From Alphaproteobacteria bacterium (lineage in GTDB: Bacteria; Pseudomonadota; Alphaproteobacteria; SP197), in contig OZ219918.1 of assembly GCA_964291415.2 (NCBI GenBank), positions 608,001 through 672,000 on the forward strand: 64,000 bases of DNA, written 5' to 3'. The notes beneath the pieces are model-generated. The model was not told the DNA's origin. It saw only the letters and a program-made list of their open reading frames with translations, and searched no databases. The position numbers and the translations under genes were made by a program. How positions within the stretch are numbered: the first letter of the stretch is position 1; the number at the start of each line of letters is the position of its first letter. This document shows positions 9,531 to 18,439 of the stretch, one piece after another.

Positions 9531-10975
9531 GGCGACGCATCGGCGTTGATGGCCTTGTCGCGCCACGGCGACGGCGGCGCATTGGTGTTCCGCAACCAGT
9601 GGGGCAGGCGCTGGTTGCCAAACAGGCTGTCGAGGGTCTCGCGCTGGCGCACCACCGCGGCCTCGCTTCCCCGCACCATCACCGTTGCCGGCCGCGGCAC
9701 CCAGTTCAGCTGGTGGGAATCGGACTCGGCGTACATGCCGGCATCAAGAATGGCGATCGCATCGTCCCGCGACAACGCAGGAAGCGAGCAGTTCTCGCCG
9801 AGGACGGACGGAATGCAGATCGGACCGACGACATCGGCGCACCAGGCCATCGGCCGGTGCATCGACGAGGCGGCGATGACGAGGTTGCGGGTGCCTTCCT
9901 CGCCGCCGCCGATGAGCGGCATCAGGTTGGTGCTGGCGTCGACATTGACCCAGGTCATTGCGCCGTCGTGCTTGATGGAACCCACGCGCGACAGCAGGAC
10001 ACCGGCATTGCCGGCGATGTAGCGGCCCGGTTCCAGCCACAGGGCGGGCAGGGGCAGACCGGCTTCGGAGAGCTGGCCCGCGAGTGCTCCGGCCGAGGCT
10101 TCGGCATAGTCCTCGATGTCGTGGGCATTGGGCCGCGTATCCTTCGATTCAGGATCGCGCTTGCGGGCCCAGCCGCCGCCGATGTCGATGACCGACGGCG
10201 CAAACCCCGTCTCCCTGTAGAGGAGTACAGCCAGGCGCCCGACTTCGGCATCGAAGTCGGCGCGGTGGCGCAGATTGGCGGTCATGCGTCCAAGGTGGGC
10301 ATGGTACCCGGTGAATTCAAGCTCATCGATGGCTGCGATCCGGCGGATCATGCGGGCGGCCACAGGGGGCGTGACACCCCATTTCCAGCGGGCAAGCTCC
10401 GGCCTCAGATCGCCCGAGAAGGACACGAGATCACTCTCGAATGTGGCAAAGGACTCCGGGATCACCTTGAGCCTGATGTTGACCCGCGCCCGGCGCCCGG
10501 CCGCCCGCGCCACTCCGGCCAGGCGTTCGACCTCCTCCTCGTCGTCGAGATTGATGCAGACACCGAGTTCCACCGCCCTGGCCAGGGCGGCGATGGTCTT
10601 GCTGGAACCGTTGAGAGCGATGAGCGCCGGATCGGCGCCGCCGGCAAAGGTCGCCTCGAGCTCGCCGGTGCCGAAGCAATCGCCGCCGGCGCCTTCCTGG
10701 TGCAGCACCGCCCGCACGGCAAAGTTGGGATTGCACTTGATGGCGTACATGACATTGACCGGGCCCGGCCAGGCGGACTCGAACGCCGCGCGGATGCGCC
10801 GGTAGTTGGCGCGCAGCGTGGCGTCCGAGAGAACGAAGAGCGGGGATCCGAAACGCCGGAGAAGGTCGCTGACGCTGGCCTCTTCGATGCGCAGCTCGCC
10901 CTCGGTCGAGACCGAGAGGTGATCGCTCGGGGTCAGCACCCGGTCGAGCAACTCAGCCGTCGTTTCTTCCGTCAC
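9527..10975 (-). CDS. PLP-dependent group IV decarboxylase, LysA-like, substrate uncertain
   Basis: YAIKCN (PLP Lys), HAHLG, IDIGGG, LEPGRYIAG, VGPIC. Confidence 0.8.
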   Translation of the reverse strand: MTEETTAELLDRVLTPSDHLSVSTEGELRIEEASVSDLLRRFGSPLFVLSDATLRANYRRIRAAFESAWPGPVNVMYAIKCNPNFAVRAVLHQEGAGGDCFGTGELEATFAGGADPALIALNGSSKTIAALARAVELGVCINLDDEEEVERLAGVARAAGRRARVNIRLKVIPESFATFESDLVSFSGDLRPELARWKWGVTPPVAARMIRRIAAIDELEFTGYHAHLGRMTANLRHRADFDAEVGRLAVLLYRETGFAPSVIDIGGGWARKRDPESKDTRPNAHDIEDYAEASAGALAGQLSEAGLPLPALWLEPGRYIAGNAGVLLSRVGSIKHDGAMTWVNVDASTNLMPLIGGGEEGTRNLVIAASSMHRPMAWCADVVGPICIPSVLGENCSLPALSRDDAIAILDAGMYAESDSHQLNWVPRPATVMVRGSEAAVVRQRETLDSLFGNQRLPHWLRNTNAPPSPWRDKAINADASP

Positions 10976-10999
10976 GCGTGTTCCCCTTCAAGGAGTGGG

Positions 11000-11950
11000 T
11001 CATCCCCCGGGCCCTGTCGCCGGGCCGGTGGTCCAGGCATCGGCAGCGAAGGCATTGTTGTAGAAGTCCCTCTGACGCCGGGCTCCTGCGATGGTGTTGT
11101 GCATGAGCATGGCAACCGTGACTGGACCGACGCCCCCTGGCACAGGCGTGATCCAGCCTGCCACCTCGCGGCAGCTCTCGAGATCGCAGTCGCCCACCAC
11201 ACGGGCACTGCCATCCGCATCTGTCACCGGGTTGATGCCGATATCGATGACGCAGGCGCCTGGCTTGATCATGTTGCCTGTCACCAGGCCAGGCCTGCCG
11301 ACGGCCACGAACACGGCGTCCGCCTGGCGGCTGTGCACCGCGAGATTGCGGGTCTGGTGATGGCACACGGTGACCGTGGCGCCCTCGGCCATCAACAGGA
11401 AGGCGATCGGCTTGCCGACGATGTCGGAATGGCCGATGACCACGACCTCGAGGCCGGTGAGATTGAGACCCGTCGTCTTGAGGATGTGGACTGACGCCAT
11501 CGCCGTGCAGGGACCGAGGTCGAGCTCGTTGTAGACGATGTTGCCGACGGATGCCGGATGCAGGCCCTCCACGTCCTTGAGCGGGTGGATGGCGCTCTGC
11601 AGCCTCTTGATGTTGATCTGCGGCGGCACCGGACGCTGCACGATGATGCCGGTGACCCGGGGGTCGGCGTTCATGGCCTGGACGGCTGCCAGCATTTCCG
11701 CTTCGCTGATGTCTTCCGCAAAGTGGCGCTCCTCGAAGGCGATGCCGAGTCGTTCGGCTGTCCGCTTCTGGTTGCGCACGTAGATGGCCACGGCGTCCGC
11801 ATCGCCGATCACCACGGAGACAAGGCGCGGCGCCCAGCCCCGTTCCGTCAGTTCGTCGACGGCCCTGCGTGTCTTTTCGTGGAGTCCAGCGGCGATCCTG
11901 CGGCCGTCAAGTTCCTTGTGTTTCCACTGGAATTCATCGGTCACGGACAC
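11000..11950 (-). CDS. folD: Methylenetetrahydrofolate dehydrogenase/cyclohydrolase FolD (variant motifs)
   Basis: KDVEGLHP, PCT, GHSDIVGKP, IDIGIN, ITPVPGGVGPVTVAML. Confidence 0.9.
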   Translation of the reverse strand: MSVTDEFQWKHKELDGRRIAAGLHEKTRRAVDELTERGWAPRLVSVVIGDADAVAIYVRNQKRTAERLGIAFEERHFAEDISEAEMLAAVQAMNADPRVTGIIVQRPVPPQINIKRLQSAIHPLKDVEGLHPASVGNIVYNELDLGPCTAMASVHILKTTGLNLTGLEVVVIGHSDIVGKPIAFLLMAEGATVTVCHHQTRNLAVHSRQADAVFVAVGRPGLVTGNMIKPGACVIDIGINPVTDADGSARVVGDCDLESCREVAGWITPVPGGVGPVTVAMLMHNTIAGARRQRDFYNNAFAADAWTTGPATGPGG

Positions 11951-11966
11951 CCTCTCCCCGGGTTGC

Positions 11967-12966
11967 CTACTCGATCCTGGCGAAGGGGGAAGGATCGTCC
12001 GCCAGCGTTCCCATCCAGGCGATCACGGCAGCGCGCTCCTCCTCGTCGGCGATGCCGCGGAAGCCCATCTTGCCGCCGGGCACGTCCATGCGGGGATTTT
12101 CTAGGTAGGTCCACAACCGCCGCCACGTCCAGGTTCCGCTCTCGGCGTCCAGCGCATCGGAATAGGTGAATCCCTCCACGCTGGCGATGTCGCGGTCCAC
12201 CATGTTCCAGAGATTGGGACCGACGCGGTTGGCGCCGCCCGGTCCGAACGTGTGGCAGGCCCGGCACGCGCGGGCGATGTCGCCCGCCGTCCTCGGCGGA
12301 GGCCCCGGTGATCATGGCGAGAACAGGATCGGCCGCCCCGGACTCGACATGCTGACCGTCCTCATCCGCCGGTTCCAGCATTGTCGTGTCGTCCATCGAT
12401 GCATCGTCCCCTGCCGCTTCGGGCAGGGCGAGCGGCGCATCGCTCTGGGTGTTGAGCCAGGCGATGAGGTCGGCGCGGTCCTCGTCATCGGAGATGCCCT
12501 TGAACACCATCTTGTTCCCGGGTGCGTAGCCCTTGGGGTCGGTGATGTAGAGGCTCAGCTCCTCGAAGGTCCAGGTTCCGCCCAGGCCGGCGATGACATC
12601 GGAATAGTTGAAGGTGTCCCTGGCTCCCCGCGGGGCGCCGACCACACCGTAGAGATTGGGGCCCTGTCCATCCCGGCCGCCCGCCTCGACGCTGTGGCAA
12701 CTCTTGCACTTGCGGAACTGCTTTTCGCCGTTGGCCAGATCCGCACTGGCCAGCAGGGTGGCGATCGGCACCACGACAGCCGCAACCTCGACTGCCGGTG
12801 TCTCGTCGATCATTTCGGCGTCAGCCATCATGTCATCGGCGTGCTCAGGCGCCGCATGCTCCACGGCCGGGCCGTAGAGGGTGTTGGCCAGTTTGCCGAT
12901 GCCAAACGCGAGCAGGAGGCCGACCAGCAGGCCGGCGGCAATCTTGTTGAACTCCAGAGCATCCAT
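11967..12966 (-). CDS. Membrane-anchored class I cytochrome c (CycM/cy-like) with two heme domains, split by a frameshift near 12284
   Basis: MDALEFNKIAAGLL anchor; domain 1 CKSCH..GPNLYGVVG..PGNKM; domain 2 CRACH..GPNLWNMV..PGGKM in a shifted frame. Confidence 0.8.
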
Positions 12967-13167
12967 GCGCACCGGCCCCGAAAAAGAGTGGTCCCGGTTG
13001 AGGGAAGAGTGCCTAAGGTGAGGCGTGGCGGAGATTAGCCAAGTCGCGTCGGCGTTCAAGCCCCTTCTCGACGGCCAGCCACGACCCGATTGTCGCCGGG
13101 GCGTCGCCCGAATAGTCTCGACACATGATGGAAGACGGCATCTTCTGGGCCGGAGGAGGGCGAGGCC

Positions 13168-13788
13168 ATGGTTGGAATCCGCAGCGTGGACGTTCCCGGA
13201 TACTCGAACGGCTGGATTGCCGCCGACAGCGGCCAGTACGTCCGCGTCGTCGATGTCGAGGGATGCCAGGTGGGTGACCTCTTCGCCGTCAGCCGGGCCG
13301 ATCACGACGAGTTCATGAGCCCGTCGGTCACCCGGCTTCACAACGGCAATCTCTTTCCCGAAACGGGCCAGTGCTTCTTCACCAACCGCGATCGTCCGGC
13401 CTTCACGTTCATCGCCGACGCGTCGCCGGGGTGCCACGACATGCTCTATGCCTCGTGCAACCGGGACTGGTACGCCGGCAGAGGGCTGGCCGATCACCCG
13501 AACTGCCGAGACAACTACTTCGAGGCGGCGCGCGACGCGGGGATCGGGCATGTCCTGCAACCCGATCCGGTCAACCTGTTCCAGAACACGCCCCCCGGAC
13601 CGGACGGACGGTTCGTCATCGGCGACACCCTGAGCGCGGCCGGCGACAGCGTCACGCTGAGGGCCGAAATCGACTGTATCGTCATCCTCACGGCCTGTTC
13701 GTCGGAGCGCATTGTCGGAGGGCGCTCCACGCCTCTTCGCGTCGAGGTCCATGAGGGCTGTCCGGAGCAGGCATCGGCCGCCGGCTGA
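13168..13788 (+). CDS. DUF1989 / urea-carboxylase-associated family protein
   Basis: RVVDVEGCQVGDL, HDMLYASC, HPNCRDN, DPVNLFQN, TACS. Confidence 0.8.
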   Translation: MVGIRSVDVPGYSNGWIAADSGQYVRVVDVEGCQVGDLFAVSRADHDEFMSPSVTRLHNGNLFPETGQCFFTNRDRPAFTFIADASPGCHDMLYASCNRDWYAGRGLADHPNCRDNYFEAARDAGIGHVLQPDPVNLFQNTPPGPDGRFVIGDTLSAAGDSVTLRAEIDCIVILTACSSERIVGGRSTPLRVEVHEGCPEQASAAG

Positions 13789-13791
13789 CCG

Positions 13792-14553
13792 TTGTCGACG
13801 ATCATCGTCATTCCGGCGCGCATGGCGTCCACCAGGTTGCCGGGGAAACCCCTGGCGTCTGTCGGTGGCGTGCCGATGATCGTCCAGGTGTGGCGGCGCG
13901 CCGTCGAGGCCGACATCGGACGTGTCGTCGTGGCCGCTGCCGACCGCGTCATTGCCGACGCCGTGGAAGAGGCGGGCGGAGAGGCGGTCATGACGGATCC
14001 GGATCTCAGGTCGGGGTCGGATCGCGTCCACCAGGCTCTGGCCCGCATCGACCGGGCGGACGCAATCGACGTCGTGGTCAATCTGCAGGGGGACCTGCCG
14101 ACCCTGCTGCCGCGCGATCTCGGCCGGGTTGTCACCACGCTCACCGGGAGCGGCGCCGACATGGCCACTCTCGCCGCACCGACGACGGACGAGGACGAGG
14201 CCCGTGACCCCGATGTCGTCAAGATGGTGGTGGCCTGGGATGACGGGGAAGAGACGGGGAGGGCCTTGTGTTTCACGAGGGCCCGCGCCCCGTGGGGCGA
14301 GGGACCCCTGTGGCACCATGTCGGCATCTACGCCTTCCGCCGGGAGGCGCTCGAACTCTTCGTCTCGTTGCCGGCCAGCCCCCTGGAGCTGCGGGAGCGT
14401 CTGGAACAGATGCGCGCCCTTGAGGCCGGCATGAGCATCGCCGTGGGCCGCGTTGACAGTGTTCCGGTCGGTGTCGATACTCCCCGGGACCTTGAGCGGG
14501 CACGATCCTTCCTTGCGCTGAAGGATCGTGCCAGTCCCCGATCCACGCCATGA
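13792..14553 (+). CDS. kdsB: 3-deoxy-manno-octulosonate cytidylyltransferase
   Basis: IPARMASTRLPGKPL, SGSDR, NLQGD, ERLEQMRALE. Confidence 0.95.
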   Translation: MSTIIVIPARMASTRLPGKPLASVGGVPMIVQVWRRAVEADIGRVVVAAADRVIADAVEEAGGEAVMTDPDLRSGSDRVHQALARIDRADAIDVVVNLQGDLPTLLPRDLGRVVTTLTGSGADMATLAAPTTDEDEARDPDVVKMVVAWDDGEETGRALCFTRARAPWGEGPLWHHVGIYAFRREALELFVSLPASPLELRERLEQMRALEAGMSIAVGRVDSVPVGVDTPRDLERARSFLALKDRASPRSTP

Positions 14554-15428
14554 CCGCCAGCGACAACACCATCGCCTTCCAGGGCAAGCCCGGTGCCTAT
14601 TCGCACCTTGCCTGCCAGGAGGCCTTTCCATCCATGACAACCCTGCCGTGCGCCTCCTTCGAGGATGTCTTCCAGGCGGTGGAAGACGGCCATGCGCGTC
14701 TGGCCATGCTGCCGATCGAGAACTCCGTCGCCGGCCGGGTCGCCGATGTCCACCACCTGATGCCGCTCTCGTCCCTGCAGATCGTCGGAGAGCATTTCCA
14801 CAAGGTGAACCACAGCCTTCTGGGCGTGCCCGGCGCCGGGGTGAAGGATCTTGCCGTCGTTCACTCCCATATCCAGGCGCTTGGTCAGTGCCGCCGGGCC
14901 CTGCGGCGCCTTGGAGTCGAACCGGCCTCCCATGCCGATACCGCCGGTGCCGCCCATGACATTGCCGACTGGGGCGATCCGGCCCATGGCGCCATCGCGT
15001 CGGAACTGGCCGCCCGCATCTACGGTCTCGACATCCTGGAGCGCGACCTTGAGGACGCGGACCACAATCACACCCGGTTCCTCATCCTGTCGCGGACCGT
15101 CCCCCTCCCTGAACCAGGCAGCGACTCCCTCATCACCAGCATGATCTTCCGCGTGCGCAGCGTTCCCGCGGCGCTCTACAAGGCACTGGGAGGCTTTGCC
15201 ACCAACGGCGTCAACCTGACGAAGATCGAGAGCTACATGACCGATGGAACCTTCAGCGCCGCCCAGTTCCATGTCGACGCCGAAGGTCATCCCGATGAAC
15301 GCCCGATGCGTCTCGCCCTGGAGGAACTGGGGTTCTTCGCGCTTGAGGTGAGGATTCTCGGGACCTACGAGGCGCACCCCTACAGGGATGCCATGCACAA
15401 AGTCGCCGACGACCGGGAGTCCGACTGA
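14550..15428 (+). CDS. pheA: Prephenate dehydratase
   Basis: FQGKPGAYS, PIENSVAG, NHTRF, ACT domain NLTKIES. Confidence 0.95.
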   Translation: MTASDNTIAFQGKPGAYSHLACQEAFPSMTTLPCASFEDVFQAVEDGHARLAMLPIENSVAGRVADVHHLMPLSSLQIVGEHFHKVNHSLLGVPGAGVKDLAVVHSHIQALGQCRRALRRLGVEPASHADTAGAAHDIADWGDPAHGAIASELAARIYGLDILERDLEDADHNHTRFLILSRTVPLPEPGSDSLITSMIFRVRSVPAALYKALGGFATNGVNLTKIESYMTDGTFSAAQFHVDAEGHPDERPMRLALEELGFFALEVRILGTYEAHPYRDAMHKVADDRESD

Positions 15429-15623
15429 CGACGGCAGCGCGCCCGGGCACCCTGGCGAAGGGTCATTGGCCCTCTCCTTCCTCCCCGTCGAGACCTTCCA
15501 CCGCCAACCGGATTGGCGCACATCATGCATGCGTCCCGTTCAGGCGTCCGCGATCATGCCTTCTCCCATGGCGTTCCCCTTGTCGCATCCTGATCGCAAT
15601 GATAGGCCCGCCCGATCACGGGA

Positions 15624-16382
15624 GTGACGGTCATGACCTCGGAGCAATCCTGGAACGCCCAGGTGTATCAGGCCAACGCCGGTTTCGTGCCGGTTCTGGG
15701 GCGTCCCGTGCTGGCGCTCCTCGCGCCGGGGCCGGGTGAGCGCGTTCTGGACCTCGGCTGCGGCGATGGCGCGCTGACCCGGGAGATCGTCGAGGCAGGC
15801 TGCGAGGTGGTGGGCGTCGACCATTCGCAGGCGATGGTCGCGGCGGCCTGCGACCGCGGCATCGACGCCCGCCTGATGGACGCCGCCGCACTCGCCTTCG
15901 AGGACGAGTTCGACGCGGTGTTCTCGAACGCCGTCCTGCACTGGGTCAGAGATGCCGACGCCGCTATCGCCGGCGTCGCCCGTGCGCTGAAGCGGGGCGG
16001 ACGTTTCGTGGGCGAGTTCGGCGGGCACGGAAACATGGCCGCGGTCGTCACGGCGCTCGCCGCCGTGCTGGCCCGGCGCGGCGTCGACATCGCGCCCGTC
16101 AATCCGTGGTTCTATCCCACGCCGGACGACTACCGCGACCGGCTCGAGAAGGCCGGGTTCTCGGTCGACAGCATCGAGCTCATCCCGCGCCCGACCCCGC
16201 TTCCGACAGGCATGAAAGGCTGGCTCGGGACCTTTGCCGGACCGTTCTACGCGGCCCTGCCGGAAGGAGAACGCCGGGCGGCCCGCGACGAGACCCTCGA
16301 CCTCCTGCGCCACAGTCTGTGCGACAGCCATGGTAACTGGACGGCCGACTACGTCCGTCTGCGCTTCGCGGCGCGCCTGTAG
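15624..16382 (+). CDS. Class I SAM-dependent methyltransferase
   Basis: VLDLGCGDG, FDAVFSNAVLHW, DYVRLRF; alternative start ATG 15633. Confidence 0.85.
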   Translation: MTVMTSEQSWNAQVYQANAGFVPVLGRPVLALLAPGPGERVLDLGCGDGALTREIVEAGCEVVGVDHSQAMVAAACDRGIDARLMDAAALAFEDEFDAVFSNAVLHWVRDADAAIAGVARALKRGGRFVGEFGGHGNMAAVVTALAAVLARRGVDIAPVNPWFYPTPDDYRDRLEKAGFSVDSIELIPRPTPLPTGMKGWLGTFAGPFYAALPEGERRAARDETLDLLRHSLCDSHGNWTADYVRLRFAARL

Positions 16383-16468
16383 GACCGCCCGGCTCCGCGC
16401 TGAGTTTCCCGGAGGTGGCCACGAAACGGGGCAGCGTGCTCACGGTCGATTGCGGCCGTCCGGCAACG

Positions 16469-17158
16469 CTACCAAGGCTGGGATGTCCGGTCGCGGAAGA
16501 ATCCGCCAGTCGGCCCATCGTCGGCCAGGGTTGCCAGGAAGAGTGCGGTGTCGGCACCCTGCGCAACCGAACGCGTCGCCGTCTTCCCGCCCATGCGGGT
16601 GCGAACCCAGCCCGGACACATGCAGTTGACCAGAACCCCTGGTCCGGCCTCACGCGCAAGGCGCACGGTGAGGGCGTTGAGCGCGGCTTTGGAGATGGCA
16701 TAGGCCGCCGGACCCTCGAGCCCGGAAGCGAAGGACCCCCAGCCGGACGAGACGTTGACCACCCGGCCCCATCCTCGCCGGGCCATGCCGGGCATGAAGG
16801 CTCGAGCGGTGCGGTACGGGCCGAGGAAGTTGACGGCGATCGCCTCGTCCATCGGCGCCGAATCTCCTGAAAGGAGGTTGCCCTCCGCAAGCACGCCGGC
16901 GTTGTTGACAAGCACATCAATCTCGATCCCGGCACCGGCGAGCCTGTCCGTGCACGCCCGGACCGACCCATCGTCGGAGACGTCGAGCCTTTCGACGCGA
17001 ACGTCATGACCGTCCGTCATTAGATTGGCTGCCGCTTCCTCGCCGGACGCGGGATCGCGGGAGCCGAGCACGATCGCATGCCCTTCGCGAGCAAGCTGGC
17101 GGCAGATCTCGAGTCCAATGCCCCGGTTGCCGCCGGTAACGAGCGCGGTCCTGATCAT
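16469..17158 (-). CDS. SDR family oxidoreductase
   Basis: ALVTGGNRGIG, NNAG, YAISK, PGWVRT. Confidence 0.9.
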   Translation of the reverse strand: MIRTALVTGGNRGIGLEICRQLAREGHAIVLGSRDPASGEEAAANLMTDGHDVRVERLDVSDDGSVRACTDRLAGAGIEIDVLVNNAGVLAEGNLLSGDSAPMDEAIAVNFLGPYRTARAFMPGMARRGWGRVVNVSSGWGSFASGLEGPAAYAISKAALNALTVRLAREAGPGVLVNCMCPGWVRTRMGGKTATRSVAQGADTALFLATLADDGPTGGFFRDRTSQPW

Positions 17159-17339
17159 GATTGCTTCCTCCGTCGTGTCTGTCTCGCGAGCCGCCGCACC
17201 GACACAGCAGGCGCCCGCGACGCGGTAAGGCGGACGCCGAAACCCTCCCGGCACTGATCCACACCGTCGCGGTCATGCCAGCATGCGGCCTGCGTCGGCA
17301 ATGTGGTAGCGCATCAACCACGGCGGCGGCAATGACAAG

Positions 17340-17590
17340 GCAAACGGAAGGCTGCAGCCCTGCTGATGACCCTTGGCCCGGCGAGGCATCCGCGTTGGCG
17401 CTTCGCGCGCCCGGACCTCGTTGTCCTGGACCGCGTCACACCCAGCCTGTCGGCGGCAACCGTCTGCAGCGACATTCCCGGTGCCGCGGAAGCGGCGGAA
17501 ACGGTCTCGGCGTGCCGGCCATGCTTCGTATCGTCGGCACCCGGCGCGGTCTCGGGAAAGCCGCGGGGCGACAGCGTGCGGGGGAGCCCG
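17340..17590 (-). pseudogene. Possible decayed GntR/MocR-type regulator HTH remnant
   Basis: TKHGRHAETVSAA..APGMSLQTVAADRLGVT resembles the GntR wHTH pattern PGxxLPTVRxLAxxLGVT; divergent from a PNPOx-like gene, a common MocR arrangement. Confidence 0.35.
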
Positions 17591-17732
17591 CCATGGCGCT
17601 CGACGGCACCGGCGCAGCGCTCGAGCTCCTGTCCGACTCCGGCGTCCACCCGGTTGACATATCATCGAGTCTGTTCGACCAGTTGCGCTGGATGTCCGAT
17701 GCCGGCCATGCCCTCGTTTCGGGAGTCAAGCC

Positions 17733-18386
17733 TTGAACACCTTCACCCCCAGCGAACGCAGCCGCGTGAAGCGGCTCTTCAAGCGCGCTCATTACGATGC
17801 AGACACCGTGCACCGGCTGATCGACGAGATCGGCACCGGCTCGGTCGGCTACGTCATCAAGGGCCAGCCCCATGTCACGCCGACCCTGGTCTGGCGCGAG
17901 GGCGAGCGCGTCTATTGGCATGGCTCGTCGGCAAGCCGCATGCTGCGCAAGGTTCACGGCGGTGTGCCGGTCTGCGTCAACGTCTTCCACCTCGACGGCT
18001 TCGTGCTGGCGCGCTCGGGCATGCATTCCAGCGTCAACTACCGATCGGCCACGCTTTTCGGCACGGCCGCGCTGGTCAGGGACGCGACCGAAAAGGAGGC
18101 CTCCCTCAAGGCCTTCCTGGACCGTTTCGTGCCGGGCCGCTGGGAGACCCTGCGACCGGTGCAGGCCCAGGAACTCAAGGCCACCTCGGTCGTCGGAATG
18201 ACCATCGAGGAAGCAAGCGCCAAGATCAGGACCGGCCATTGCGAGGACGACGAGGAGGACTACGCCCTCGACATCTGGGCCGGGCTCGTGCCGGTGCGCA
18301 CCGTGATCGGCGAGCCTGAGGACGATCCACGCCTGAAGCCCGGCGTTCCGCGCCCCGAGCACCTCAAGGGCATTCGCATCGGTTGA
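17733..18386 (+). CDS. Pyridoxamine 5'-phosphate oxidase-like flavin-binding protein
   Basis: RAHYD, VYWHGSSASRML, DGFVLARSGMHSSVNYRS, ASAKIRTG, WAGLVP. Confidence 0.85.
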   Translation: MNTFTPSERSRVKRLFKRAHYDADTVHRLIDEIGTGSVGYVIKGQPHVTPTLVWREGERVYWHGSSASRMLRKVHGGVPVCVNVFHLDGFVLARSGMHSSVNYRSATLFGTAALVRDATEKEASLKAFLDRFVPGRWETLRPVQAQELKATSVVGMTIEEASAKIRTGHCEDDEEDYALDIWAGLVPVRTVIGEPEDDPRLKPGVPRPEHLKGIRIG

Positions 18387-18439
18387 CCTGTATCCGTCAC
18401 CAAGGGTTTGCGTAGCGGGATCAGGCGGGTGACGCCGTC

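Noticed and set aside
11941-14640. 899-aa ORF as one giant cytochrome fusion
   Set aside because: The N-terminal part is antisense to DUF1989 and kdsB; the real gene starts at MDALEFNK (12966) and the tail is off-frame read-through
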